DNA of 64,000 nt from Candidatus Hydrogenedentota bacterium. GTDB lineage: Bacteria > Hydrogenedentota > Hydrogenedentia > Hydrogenedentales > SLHB01. The stretch's first letter is position 1, and each line of letters begins with the position of its first letter. The position numbers were made by a program, and so were the translations under genes. Positions 31,257-41,008 of this stretch are shown here, one piece after another. The notes beneath the pieces were generated by a model, which saw nothing but the letters and a program-made list of their open reading frames with translations, did no database searches and was not told where the DNA came from. The DNA lies in assembly GCA_963745075.1 (NCBI GenBank), contig CAVUWV010000028.1:1-64000 (forward strand), written 5' to 3'.

Positions 31257-31382
31257 TTTGGTGGCTCCATTGGATGGGGGCAGCTTACCGAAAACACTTA
31301 CGGAAGGCAAGTGTTTCGCTCGAAACAGCCGCTTCACGCGGTTAGCGCGGCGGGGGTGGACGGGCCGGGAACGGGTCGCGGC

Positions 31383-31784
31383 CTATCCAGATACTTCGAT
31401 CAGTACGGCGGCTATGGCCAGTCCAGCGATAGCAATGACCGTGGCCAGGAGGACGCTGACGAGGATTCCGTGGCGGGGGTCGGTGGTTCCGACGCGATGG
31501 AAGTTGATGGCGAAGCGCAGGTAGCGTACCGCCGCGACCAAGGCGGCAAGGACGCCCAACAGGACCAGGCCGCTTCCACCCCAAACGGAAATGATGTTGG
31601 AGTTCAGACCGCGGGTAGGCATGCCTTGGGAATAGCGGAGGATGAGTCCCAGGCGATCGACCACAAAACCGAGGGCCATAAGACCCAGCGAAGTGCGAAT
31701 CCAGGACATGAGCGTGCGTTCGGCGGCGAAATATACGAGCCGCTGCAGTTCCGTGTGAGACTCTTCCTGACTGTTCTTAGACAT
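31383..31784 (-). CDS. DUF202 (YidH-like) membrane protein
   Basis: FAAERTLMSWIRTSLGLMALGFVVDR, 3 TM helices. Confidence 0.85.
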   Translation of the reverse strand: MSKNSQEESHTELQRLVYFAAERTLMSWIRTSLGLMALGFVVDRLGLILRYSQGMPTRGLNSNIISVWGGSGLVLLGVLAALVAAVRYLRFAINFHRVGTTDPRHGILVSVLLATVIAIAGLAIAAVLIEVSG

Positions 31785-31799
31785 GAGGAGCGTTCCTTG

Positions 31800-33332
31800 T
31801 CACTCAGGGCCGTTCGAATTGGCGCCGAGACTCGACGGTTTCAGCCACCGGCGCCCATCCTGGGCGATGAGGGCTTCCGAGGCTTCGGGGCCCCAGGTTC
31901 CCGCTTCGTAGTTTGGGAATTCGGTGGGTGGCACGCTCTCCCACGCCTCCAGCGCCGGTCCTACAATGGACCAAGCCGCCTCGACCTGCTCCGCTCGCTT
32001 GAACAGCGTCTGGTCGCCTTGGCATGCGTCGAGCAACAGCGTTTCATAGGCCTTGTGCGACTCGCCGTGAAAGGCTTCGGCGTAGCTGAACCGCATGTCG
32101 ACGGGGCTCAGGCGGACCTTGAGTTCCGGCCGTTGGGCCAGGAAACGCAGGGTGATGCCTTCGTCGGGTTGTATGTGCAACTCCATGCGATTGGGTGTCC
32201 AGGCGTCGATGGCGGTTTGGGGAAACATCTGGTGCGGCGCGGATCGGAAATGCACGGACGCCATGGAGATGCGTTCGGGAAGACGTTTACCCGTTCGCAG
32301 GTAGAACGGGACGTTTTGCCAGCGCCAGTTGTCGACGAAGAGCCTCAACGCGGCGTAGGTTTCGGCCTTCGATTCCGGGGCGACGCCGGGTTCTTGCCGA
32401 TAGCCGGGGACGTCACATTCCCCCACCCTGCCCGGCCCATACTGGCCACGGACGGCGGTGCGGGACACATCCTCCTCCCGGATGGGGCGCACGGCTCGCA
32501 AGACGTCGATATTCTTGCTGCGGATCTCGTCGGGGTCGAAGGAGACGGGCGGTTCCATGGCGATGAGCGAGAATACTTGCAAGAGGTGGCTCTGGATCAT
32601 GTCGCGCAATGCGCCGGCGTGTTCGTAGTAGGCGCCGCGGTGCTCGACCCCCACTTCTTCCGCGACGACGATCTGGACGTGGTCCACGTAACGCCGGTCC
32701 CAGATCGGCTCGAAGAATGCATTGGCGAAGCGGAACGCCAGAATGTTCTGCACCGTGGCTTTGCCGAGGTAGTGGTCGATGCGATAGATCTGACGCTCCT
32801 CGAAGACGTTCCAGAGGAGCTGATTGAGGTCGCGGGCCGATTCGAGGTCGCGGCCGAAGGGTTTTTCCACCACGATGCGCACTTGCTCGCGCGGCGTATT
32901 GAGCCCGGCCTTGTCGAGATGATGGACGACCATTTCGATTAGACCCGGCGGAATCGCCAGGTAGAACACGCGAACGGGGGTCTCGTCCCAGTCGCTTGCC
33001 AGTCGGTCCAGCTTGTGGGAGAGCTTCTCGTAGCCACCGGGATCGCCGAAATCCATCTTCTGATAGTCAATTGCCGAGGAGAATTCGTCCCACGCTTCGT
33101 TTAATGTCTCGCGCGCATTCGCAAACTGGTCCGCGCCGTCCCGGAGATGCTTTTGGAACTCGCTCTTTTTCATCGATTTTCCGTCGCAACCGAGGATGGC
33201 AATGTGTTTTGGGAGCCGCCCTGCGGTGGACAGGTCGAACAGCGCAGGAACCAGCTTCCGCCACGTGAGATCGCCGCCGGCGCCGAATATGACGATCTGC
33301 GTCGCTTGGGGGGGCTCGGGTGAAATCGTCAT
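31800..33332 (-). CDS. zwf: Glucose-6-phosphate 1-dehydrogenase
   Basis: GAGGDL, EKPFG, YRIDHYLGK, PFYLRTGKR. Confidence 0.97.
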   Translation of the reverse strand: MTISPEPPQATQIVIFGAGGDLTWRKLVPALFDLSTAGRLPKHIAILGCDGKSMKKSEFQKHLRDGADQFANARETLNEAWDEFSSAIDYQKMDFGDPGGYEKLSHKLDRLASDWDETPVRVFYLAIPPGLIEMVVHHLDKAGLNTPREQVRIVVEKPFGRDLESARDLNQLLWNVFEERQIYRIDHYLGKATVQNILAFRFANAFFEPIWDRRYVDHVQIVVAEEVGVEHRGAYYEHAGALRDMIQSHLLQVFSLIAMEPPVSFDPDEIRSKNIDVLRAVRPIREEDVSRTAVRGQYGPGRVGECDVPGYRQEPGVAPESKAETYAALRLFVDNWRWQNVPFYLRTGKRLPERISMASVHFRSAPHQMFPQTAIDAWTPNRMELHIQPDEGITLRFLAQRPELKVRLSPVDMRFSYAEAFHGESHKAYETLLLDACQGDQTLFKRAEQVEAAWSIVGPALEAWESVPPTEFPNYEAGTWGPEASEALIAQDGRRWLKPSSLGANSNGPE

Positions 33333-33344
33333 ACCGCTCTCTCC

Positions 33345-34748
33345 TCAGTCCGAACGCCACTGGGTGTGGAATTGGCCTTTTTGATCCTTGCGCTCATAGG
33401 TGTGGGAGCCGAAGAAGTCCCGTTGTGCCTGGATCAGGTTGGCGGGGAGCCATGCGCTGCGATACGAGTCGAAATAGGCCAGACTCGCCATCATCGCCGG
33501 GGCGGGGATTCCGAGTGTCGCCGCGGTTTGCACCACAATCCGCAGGTCGTCTTGCCGGGACATGACATCCTCGGAGAACGGCTTGGCGGTCAATAGGTTC
33601 GTCAGGTCGGGTTTCTGCTCGAAGGCGGACCGTATATGCTCGAGGACCGCGGCGCGGATGATGCAGCCACCCCGCCAGATTCGGGCGACATCGGCGAGTT
33701 TGAGCCCGTAGTCGTATGCTTCACTGGCTGCAGCCAACTGGCGCATGCCTTGTGCGAAAACGATGAGTATCGACGCGTACAAGCTCCGTTCGACGTTATC
33801 GAGCATGGCGCGGCGGTCGCCGTTCCATTCCCGCTTCGGCCCGGTCAGTACATCGGAGGCCGCTTCGCGCTCGGGCTCCAGGGCGGACATATTGCGGGCC
33901 GCTACCGCCACGTCGATGGTGGGCGTCGGAACCTGGAGTTCCATGGCGTCCTGGCTTGTCCATTTCCCGGTTCCTTTCTGTTTGGCGGCATCGAGAATCT
34001 GGTCGATCAGGGGCTCGCCGGTCTGGTCGTCCATGCGCGCAAAGATCTGCGCGGTGATTTCCATCAGAAAGCCCGAGAGCATTCCGTCGTTCCACTGGGC
34101 GTAGATATCGTGCAGTTCGCTGTCCCCCAACCCGAACCCGCGTTTCATCAGGTCGTAGGATTCGGCGATCAACTGCATGATCCCGTACTCGATACCGTTG
34201 TGAACCATCTTGACGTAGTGCCCCGCCGAACCGGGCCCCAACCAGGTAACACAGGGATCGCCGTTGACGTGCGCGGCCGCATCCGTCAGAATGCCTGAGA
34301 CGCGGTCGTAGGCGTCTTGTGGGCCGCCGGGCATGATGCTGGGGCCGTAACGTGCGCCGTGCTCGCCGCCGGAGACCCCGACACCGAGGAACCGGATGTT
34401 GCGGGACTGCATCGCGTCGGCACGCAGGTTGGTATCGGTGTAGTGGGAATTCCCGGCGTCGAGAATGATGTCGTCGGATTCGAGTTGCGGCACCAGATCC
34501 TTGATTACGGCATCGACGATGTCTCCGGCCGGCACGAGAATCAGGATAGCGCGAGGTTTCTTCAGATTCTTGACCAGATCCTCGACAGAATCCACCGCGA
34601 CGGCATCCGACTTTTCACTGCGTAACAGGTCTGCTTTTTTGGGATTCTTGTCATAGCCGACGACGCTGTGCCCGTGGTCGGCGATATTCAGCGTGAGGTT
34701 GCGTCCCATGACACCCAACCCGACCACGCCCATTTCATGCTTACTCAT
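33345..34748 (-). CDS. gndA: NADP-dependent 6-phosphogluconate dehydrogenase
   Basis: GLGVMG, VKMVHNGIEYG, QKGTGKWT, IWRGGCIIRA, QAQRDFFGSHTY. Confidence 0.97.
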   Translation of the reverse strand: MSKHEMGVVGLGVMGRNLTLNIADHGHSVVGYDKNPKKADLLRSEKSDAVAVDSVEDLVKNLKKPRAILILVPAGDIVDAVIKDLVPQLESDDIILDAGNSHYTDTNLRADAMQSRNIRFLGVGVSGGEHGARYGPSIMPGGPQDAYDRVSGILTDAAAHVNGDPCVTWLGPGSAGHYVKMVHNGIEYGIMQLIAESYDLMKRGFGLGDSELHDIYAQWNDGMLSGFLMEITAQIFARMDDQTGEPLIDQILDAAKQKGTGKWTSQDAMELQVPTPTIDVAVAARNMSALEPEREAASDVLTGPKREWNGDRRAMLDNVERSLYASILIVFAQGMRQLAAASEAYDYGLKLADVARIWRGGCIIRAAVLEHIRSAFEQKPDLTNLLTAKPFSEDVMSRQDDLRIVVQTAATLGIPAPAMMASLAYFDSYRSAWLPANLIQAQRDFFGSHTYERKDQKGQFHTQWRSD

Positions 34749-34775
34749 GATGCGTTTCCTTCCGTTCCCCGGTCT

Positions 34776-35429
34776 TCACGCGTAGTGTGTCGCGGAATGC
34801 ACGAGCGCCAAGCCGTATTCGGCCAGCTTCGCGCGGGTTGTGGCAAAGTCTTCGTGCACGATGCCGGGGATGCCAAGCTGCGAGGCCACATCCACGAACA
34901 TGGGGCGGTCGTCGATGTAGAGCACGTTCTGCGGTTCCGCCTGCGCGATATCGAGGGCGATTTGGTAGATTTCCGGGTCCGGTTTCCGGAGGTGCACGAA
35001 ACACGACGAGATGAAGAAATCGATCAGGCGGTGCAAGGCGAAGGCCTTGATGCGATGGACGGTCAACTCCCGGCCTTCGTTGCTGACCGCGGCCACGCGA
35101 AGACCGTAGCGTTTCTTGAGTTCCGTCATGAATTCGAGCATGTCGGGGTGGGGGGAAGCCTGCGAATACATGTACCCCTTGAACGCGTCCATGGAGAAAT
35201 CGCGGTGTTTGAAGAAGACGACGCGTTGCAGGTATTCGTCGAGGGTCAGTTTGCCGGCCTCGTACGTGTCGAAGGTCAGGTGATGGCGCTCCTGCATTTC
35301 GTCTACGTCCAATCCGAACTTTTGGGCGGCCCGCCGTCGGAGGGTGTGGTCCCAGCCATTGGTGAGCAGAACGCCGCCAATGTCCAGAAACAGTGTCCTG
35401 GGGGTTGGAGAGTCAGTGGTTGGTAGCAT
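34776..35429 (-). CDS. HAD-superfamily phosphatase
   Basis: FLDIGGVLL, VSNE, RKPDPEIY, YIDDR. Confidence 0.88.
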   Translation of the reverse strand: MLPTTDSPTPRTLFLDIGGVLLTNGWDHTLRRRAAQKFGLDVDEMQERHHLTFDTYEAGKLTLDEYLQRVVFFKHRDFSMDAFKGYMYSQASPHPDMLEFMTELKKRYGLRVAAVSNEGRELTVHRIKAFALHRLIDFFISSCFVHLRKPDPEIYQIALDIAQAEPQNVLYIDDRPMFVDVASQLGIPGIVHEDFATTRAKLAEYGLALVHSATHYA

Positions 35430-35529
35430 GGTTTGTATACCTCACGCGGTAAAGGCCCGCCGTCCCGCTTGCGCTTGGATCGCGGGCGGGGAGACGCGTC
35501 GTTGATGGGTCCCGGGAGCCGGGCACGGC

Positions 35530-36663
35530 TCAGGCCGCATTCGAGATGGCCTTGGACTTCTTCTTCAGACTTTCCAGCAGCGCGTCGTAGGGTTTTTCAA
35601 ATTTGTCGACGCCCTCGTCCTCTAATTGTTGCGTGACCGCATCGATATCGATGCCCACTTCGGATAGGGCGTTCAGGACATGCTCGGCCTTGTCGAGTTC
35701 GGTTTCCAGCCGCGATTCCGGCTTTCCGTGATCGCGATAGGCGTCGAGCGTGTCCGGCGGCAGCGTGTTCACCGTCTCGGGACCGATCAACGCGTCGACA
35801 TACCGCACGTCGCTGTAGTCGGGATTCTTGGTGCTGGTGCTTGCCCACAGCACACGCTGGGTGTTGGCGCCTTTCTTCGCGAGTTTTGCGAAGCCATCGC
35901 CGCCGAAGACTTCCTTGTAGATTTGATAGGCCTGCCGGGCGCTTGCGATGGCAACTTCGCCGCGGAGTTCCTTCGCCGTATTCGCTTTGGGGCCTTTGCC
36001 TTTCATGGTGTCTTCCAGTTTGGGGTCGACCAGCACATCGATCCGGCTCAGGAAGAAGCTGGCAACGGATGCGATAGAATCGATCGATTCATTCCGCTGG
36101 ACACGGTCTTCCAAGGCTCCGATGTAGGCTTCCGCGACGTTGCGGTAGCGGGGCAGTCCGAAGAGCAAGGTGATATTCACGTTAATCCCTTCGCTCAGAC
36201 ACCGCCGGATAGCGGGCAGACCCTCTTGCGTTCCGGGGATTTTGATCAGGACGTTTGGACGGTCCACGGCTTTCCAGAGCCTGCGCACCTCGGCAATCGT
36301 GCCGTCGGTGTCGTGCGCGAGATGGGGATTGACCTCAATGCTCACGAAGCCATCGCGGCCCTTTACCCGATCGAATTCCGGGCGCAATACGTCCGCCGCG
36401 GCCTGGATGTCGTGGACTGCGAGGGCCTCATAAATTTCCGGCATCGCCCGATCGGCCTCGGCCATCCTGCGAATGTCGTCGTCATAAATATCGTGGCCTT
36501 CGATGGCCTTGTCGAATATCTTGGGATTGCTGGTCACGCCGGAAACGCCGTCATCGTTTACCAAACGTTCGAGTTCTCCGCTTTCAATCAAGACCCGGTC
36601 TACGAAGTCCAGCCAGACGCTCTGACCGAGGCTCTTTACTTTGAGAAGGGGATTCTCCTTCAT
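35530..36663 (-). CDS. tal: Transaldolase (large type)
   Basis: GQSVWLD, GVTSNP, IKIPGT, NVNITLLF, SVASFFLSRID, LWASTSTKNP. Confidence 0.95.
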   Translation of the reverse strand: MKENPLLKVKSLGQSVWLDFVDRVLIESGELERLVNDDGVSGVTSNPKIFDKAIEGHDIYDDDIRRMAEADRAMPEIYEALAVHDIQAAADVLRPEFDRVKGRDGFVSIEVNPHLAHDTDGTIAEVRRLWKAVDRPNVLIKIPGTQEGLPAIRRCLSEGINVNITLLFGLPRYRNVAEAYIGALEDRVQRNESIDSIASVASFFLSRIDVLVDPKLEDTMKGKGPKANTAKELRGEVAIASARQAYQIYKEVFGGDGFAKLAKKGANTQRVLWASTSTKNPDYSDVRYVDALIGPETVNTLPPDTLDAYRDHGKPESRLETELDKAEHVLNALSEVGIDIDAVTQQLEDEGVDKFEKPYDALLESLKKKSKAISNAA

Positions 36664-36754
36664 GGTTTCGCTCCTTTCCTCAATTGCCGCGATTCGTTTC
36701 AGGTGAATGCGAACCGTCCAGCGCTTTTCAGTGTGTAGCCGTCGTGCCCGGTCG

Positions 36755-38620
36755 CTATGCCGACCGCTGGACGAGCGTGTTGTGAGTCGCTGACACCAAG
36801 TCCTTCACCTTCCGAACGATCGCTTCGCTCGAGATTTCTTCGTACTCGAGCAATTTCCGGGGCTCGCCGCTGCGCGGTTTCTTGCGGACCGCCATGACGT
36901 GAATGGGAACGTTGAGGTCTGCCAATGCGGCACAGACGGCTTCGCCGAGGCCGCCTTCGGCGTAATGGTCTTCAACGGTGATCAGGGCCCCGGTTTCCCG
37001 CGCCGCTTCTTCAAGCGTTTTTTGATCGACGGGTTTCACGCTGTACAAATCGATGACGCGTATGGTAATGCCGTCGTTCTGGAGCGCGTTGTATGCGGAG
37101 AATGCCTCGTGTAAGGTGACGCCGGCGCCGATTACGGTCACTGCGTCATCCTCGGTTTGCCGAAGCACTTTGGAGCCGCCAATCGCGAACTCTTCGTCGG
37201 GACCGTAGATGACCGGTGTGCCCATCCGGGTCGTTCGGAGATAGGTGATGCCGTCGTAGTTCAAGCAGGCCTCGACCAGCCGCTCGGTGGAAACCGCGTC
37301 GCACGGATAGACCACAACGCCGTCGAGGACGGTGCGCATCATGGCGATATCTTCGAGTCCCATTTGGGATGGACCGTCTTTGCCGATGGACACGCCCGCA
37401 TGGGAGCCCGTGAATTTGATGCTGGGATTGCTGTAGCGGGCCATGCGAATCTGATCGAAGGCGCGGGTCATAAAGGCCGCGAAGGTCGAGACGCACGGGG
37501 TCTTTCCGCGCAAGGCCAAGCCTAATGCGGTGCCGACCATGTTCTGTTCGGCGATGTACATCTCGAAGAAGCTGTCGGGATGGGCCTCGCCGAATCGTTT
37601 CGCGCGGGTGGAATTGCTGACTTCTCCGTCCAGCGCCACGATCTGGGGATGGGTTCCGTACAGATGGAGCAGCGCGTTCCCGTAAGCGTTTCGTGTGGGG
37701 ACCTTATCCTGGTCCGCGTAATCGAGTAATTGCGGCTCGCCCGGAGAGGGTGTTTTTGGGGCGCGGTTCTTCGGTGCCGCGATCATGCCGCGGGCGGACT
37801 TGTCCACCTCCCCCAATTCGCCCAAGGCCTGCTCCAGTTGATCCTGATCCAAGGTCTTGCCATGCCAGCCGTTTTCGTTCTCCACGAAGGAGACACCTTT
37901 GCCCTTCACGGTGTGCGCCACGATCATGGTCGGGCGTCGCGACCGTGCGGCCTTGTCGTACGCCTCCAGTATCTTGGGGAAAGAATGGCCGTCGTCCACC
38001 TCGATGGTTTTCCAGCCGAACGCGGACACGCGTTTCGTGTAGGCTTTCAAATCGTAGCCGTACATCGTTTCACCGCGCTGGCCCAGCCGGTTCACATCAA
38101 GCACCGCGATGAGGTTGTTCAATTTGTAGTGGGCAGCGAGTTGGAGCGCTTCCCACTGGGAGCCCTCCGCCATCTCGCTGTCGCCTAGCAAGACGTAGGT
38201 CCGATATGGCAGCTTGTCCAGATACTTGGCATTGATGGCCATTCCGACGCCGATGGAGAGTCCCTGCCCGAGGGAACCGGTCGCGGCTTCGGTGAAGCGA
38301 AACCGCGGGGACGGGTGCCCCTCCAGGACGCTGTCAAACTGGCGGTACGTCATCATCTCTTCTTCCGATATCTGTCCGGCGGCCGCCCACAAGGAGTACA
38401 AAAGCGGGGACGCGTGCCCCTTCGAAAAGATGAGACGGTCATTGTTGGGATGTTCGGGCTTGTCGGGAAAGTAACGGAACGTTCCGCCGAACATGAGGCC
38501 GGTCATGAGTTCGGTTGCAGAGAGCGAAGACGTGGGATGTCCCGCGCCGGCTTTCGTCGTTGCGGTCAGGGTGTAGTACCGGATTAGTTTGGCGAGTTTT
38601 TGCAGTTCGTTTGTATCCAT
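36755..38620 (-). CDS. tkt: Transketolase (single-chain, 621 aa)
   Basis: GHPTSSLS, FSKGHA, TGSLGQG, GDSEMAEGS, IAEQ, DGPSQMGLED. Confidence 0.95.
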   Translation of the reverse strand: MDTNELQKLAKLIRYYTLTATTKAGAGHPTSSLSATELMTGLMFGGTFRYFPDKPEHPNNDRLIFSKGHASPLLYSLWAAAGQISEEEMMTYRQFDSVLEGHPSPRFRFTEAATGSLGQGLSIGVGMAINAKYLDKLPYRTYVLLGDSEMAEGSQWEALQLAAHYKLNNLIAVLDVNRLGQRGETMYGYDLKAYTKRVSAFGWKTIEVDDGHSFPKILEAYDKAARSRRPTMIVAHTVKGKGVSFVENENGWHGKTLDQDQLEQALGELGEVDKSARGMIAAPKNRAPKTPSPGEPQLLDYADQDKVPTRNAYGNALLHLYGTHPQIVALDGEVSNSTRAKRFGEAHPDSFFEMYIAEQNMVGTALGLALRGKTPCVSTFAAFMTRAFDQIRMARYSNPSIKFTGSHAGVSIGKDGPSQMGLEDIAMMRTVLDGVVVYPCDAVSTERLVEACLNYDGITYLRTTRMGTPVIYGPDEEFAIGGSKVLRQTEDDAVTVIGAGVTLHEAFSAYNALQNDGITIRVIDLYSVKPVDQKTLEEAARETGALITVEDHYAEGGLGEAVCAALADLNVPIHVMAVRKKPRSGEPRKLLEYEEISSEAIVRKVKDLVSATHNTLVQRSA

Positions 38621-38792
38621 AAGATCTGACAGTCTTTCTCAGGCGGTTGTGCTTGGATGCAGTCACCAACGCTGGGAGCGTATTGCACGGGATCCTCGCT
38701 CAAGCACTGGCCTGGTTTGTACCATGGACGTTCTGGGTTGGCGGGCCTTCGACACTTCTTACCTGCCTCCCGCCGACTTACCACACGAAAGT

Positions 38793-38807
38793 GCAAGTTG
38801 GATGCCA
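38793..38807 (-). promoter_or_regulatory. Putative sigma54 promoter of the tkt-tal-HAD-gnd-zwf cluster
   Basis: Minus strand TGGCAT-CCAAC-TTGC, near-consensus, about 170 bp upstream of tkt. Confidence 0.6.
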
Positions 38808-39078
38808 AACGCTTGAACGCGCTGAGAGCCTTGCCGGCATTTAGGAAGGGTTTAGGAAGGTTTTTCGGATAATCTGCGCTAAAACACCGCGGATGTGGGG
38901 GCATTCGTACGGGAGCTGTAGCGAACGGGACCCTGGAGACGGCGACAAAGATATGCGGCGATTGGGAAGTTTTTACACAATCGGATATTTTCGATACTGC
39001 CCCGAAGCGTGCCGCATCTGCGGCGTTTCAATGCCCAACCGGGGTACAAGCTGCCGGACTTCTAAGAACAGGCTGCCG

Positions 39079-39269
39079 TGAGTCGCTTTGTATCATTAGC
39101 GGTGGTTTGACAATGTTGAAATTAGGATCGGGATCGGGATCGAAAGCACTTTGCGCATCCTGCGTCGATCCCGATTTCGATCCCGATCCCGATTCCGAGA
39201 GTAATGTACGTTTCAACCATTCGCGATTGTTCTTGGTTCCAACAACCTCGATAGCGGTCCCCGCTCAGG
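39079..39269. repeat. Dispersed structured repeat of about 190 bp, copy B
   Basis: Highly similar to 13918-14096, with extra hexamer units in the hairpin. Confidence 0.9.
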
Positions 39270-40137
39270 GGGTCTCGGGGGGGGTGGGGTCCTCGCCGAC
39301 TTTGGCTTTTCGCAGAGCGACGAAGAGAAAGACTCCGATGACGATCGCGACGATGCTGAAGAGCTGCTGGTCGGTAAGGTTGAGCAGGTGAGTCGGATTG
39401 TGATCCCCCCGCAGCATTTCCATGAAGAAACGGAAGATGCCGTAAAGGATGAAGTACACGGCGAATATGGAGCCCTTGAAGGGGCGCCAATGGTTTCGCA
39501 GGTAAACGAGCACGACGCAGAGCAAGGCCAATCCGATGGCGCTGTACAGTTGGGTCGGGTGTATAGGGTATGACCACTGGTCGACGCTGGTGTCGAAACC
39601 GTAGCGTTGTGCGTGGTCGATATAGGCCGGCGACCCTTCGAAGGTGAAGGGCTTGGACAGATCGAAAGGGATCCGTGGAAACGAAACGCCCCAAGGCAGG
39701 TCGGTGCGTTTACCGTAACAACAGCCGTTGAGGAAGCAGCCGATACGGCCGATGCCGTGCCCCAACGCGGCATACGGCGAAAGCACGTCGAGGACGTTCC
39801 AGAATCCCATCTTGTAGCGGCGGGCGTAGAAATAGATGACCGCAAGCACCGGTGGGATCGCACCCTGAAAGACCAGTCCTCCCTTCCAGATGGCGATCCA
39901 TTCGAGGGGATGAGACCAACTGAATTGCTGGTGGAACATGATGATGTACAGCAACCGGGTGCCGGCGAGACCGAGGAGGAGGGTCCAGAAGGCCATGTCG
40001 CTGATGCGGTCGGGATCGATTCCGAACCGGGGCGCGTCGCGTCGTGCGAGGTACAGGGCGGTCAGGAATCCGATGGCCATCATCAGGCCGTAGGAGTGTA
40101 TGGGGATCGGACCGATTCTAAGCAGTGTGGGGAGCAT
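39265..40137 (-). CDS. lgt: Prolipoprotein diacylglyceryl transferase
   Basis: IHSYG, GGLVFQG, IGRIGCFLNGCCYG, HPTQLY, RFFMEMLR. Confidence 0.95.
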   Translation of the reverse strand: MLPTLLRIGPIPIHSYGLMMAIGFLTALYLARRDAPRFGIDPDRISDMAFWTLLLGLAGTRLLYIIMFHQQFSWSHPLEWIAIWKGGLVFQGAIPPVLAVIYFYARRYKMGFWNVLDVLSPYAALGHGIGRIGCFLNGCCYGKRTDLPWGVSFPRIPFDLSKPFTFEGSPAYIDHAQRYGFDTSVDQWSYPIHPTQLYSAIGLALLCVVLVYLRNHWRPFKGSIFAVYFILYGIFRFFMEMLRGDHNPTHLLNLTDQQLFSIVAIVIGVFLFVALRKAKVGEDPTPPETP

Positions 40138-40630
40138 CGGACTCCTTGACGCCGACAGGCGTTCGCCAGGTAATCACTAGCAGTATGACTCCAAAACAAA
40201 TCGCAACGTCGGCGAGGTTGAATGCCGGCCAGAACTTCCAGGGGAAGCGAAACGGGACAAAGTAGAAGTGGACCTGCAAAAAGTCCACGACCTCTCCCCG
40301 CACCATGCGGTCAATCACGTTGCCCACCGCGCCACCGGCTACCGCGCCAAAACCAATCGCCTGCAAGCGGGACGCCGGGCGAAGATGACGATATAAGAAT
40401 CCCAGCATGCCGGTTGCAACGAGTGGCGCGGCGAGTGCTATCGCCCGGTTGTGGGAAAACTTCCCGCCGATCAGTCCCGGGTTCCGTTCATGGGTTACGT
40501 AGAAAAACGTCTTCTCCCGGTAGGGAACCGGACGCTCCATCGTCTGCACGATCGCTGCTTTGGTCAGTTGGTCCGCGCAAACCACTAGGACGAGGATGGC
40601 GAGAACCCAACGTAATTGGTCCCGAGTCAC
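40118..40630 (-). CDS. lspA: Signal peptidase II
   Basis: DQLTK, GAVGNVIDR, VVDF, PAFNLAD. Confidence 0.93.
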   Translation of the reverse strand: MTRDQLRWVLAILVLVVCADQLTKAAIVQTMERPVPYREKTFFYVTHERNPGLIGGKFSHNRAIALAAPLVATGMLGFLYRHLRPASRLQAIGFGAVAGGAVGNVIDRMVRGEVVDFLQVHFYFVPFRFPWKFWPAFNLADVAICFGVILLVITWRTPVGVKESDAPHTA

Positions 40631-40639
40631 GGCATCTAT

Positions 40640-41008
40640 CTACAAGCGGCCCGATTTCTCAATCTTGGATTGGCATTCAATGCAATAGCGTGCCGACGGG
40701 AAGACCTCCAAACGCTTTCGAGGGATCTCGTTTCCGCAGCCTTCGCAGTCCCCGTACTTGCCCTCTTTGATACGGCGCAGGGCCTCGGCCACCGCTTGCA
40801 ACATTTCCGACTCACCGCTCGCGATGCTGAGCGCGGTCTCGCGTTCGAAGTTGTCGGTGCCGACTTCCGCGTAGCTGGATACGTCGGCGGTTTGATCGCT
40901 TGCGGGCTGATACAGCGTTTCTTCTTCGAGGCGCTGAATGCCCGAGACAAGCCGGTTGCGCTCTTCCATGAGCAGTTTTTCGAATTTCTTCGCATCCCGT
41001 TTGTTCAT
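40640..41008 (-). CDS. TraR/DksA C4 zinc-finger protein
   Basis: ALRRIKEGKYGDCEGCGNEIPRKRLEVFPSARYCIECQ; ATG overlaps the ileS stop. Confidence 0.9.
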   Translation of the reverse strand: MNKRDAKKFEKLLMEERNRLVSGIQRLEEETLYQPASDQTADVSSYAEVGTDNFERETALSIASGESEMLQAVAEALRRIKEGKYGDCEGCGNEIPRKRLEVFPSARYCIECQSKIEKSGRL

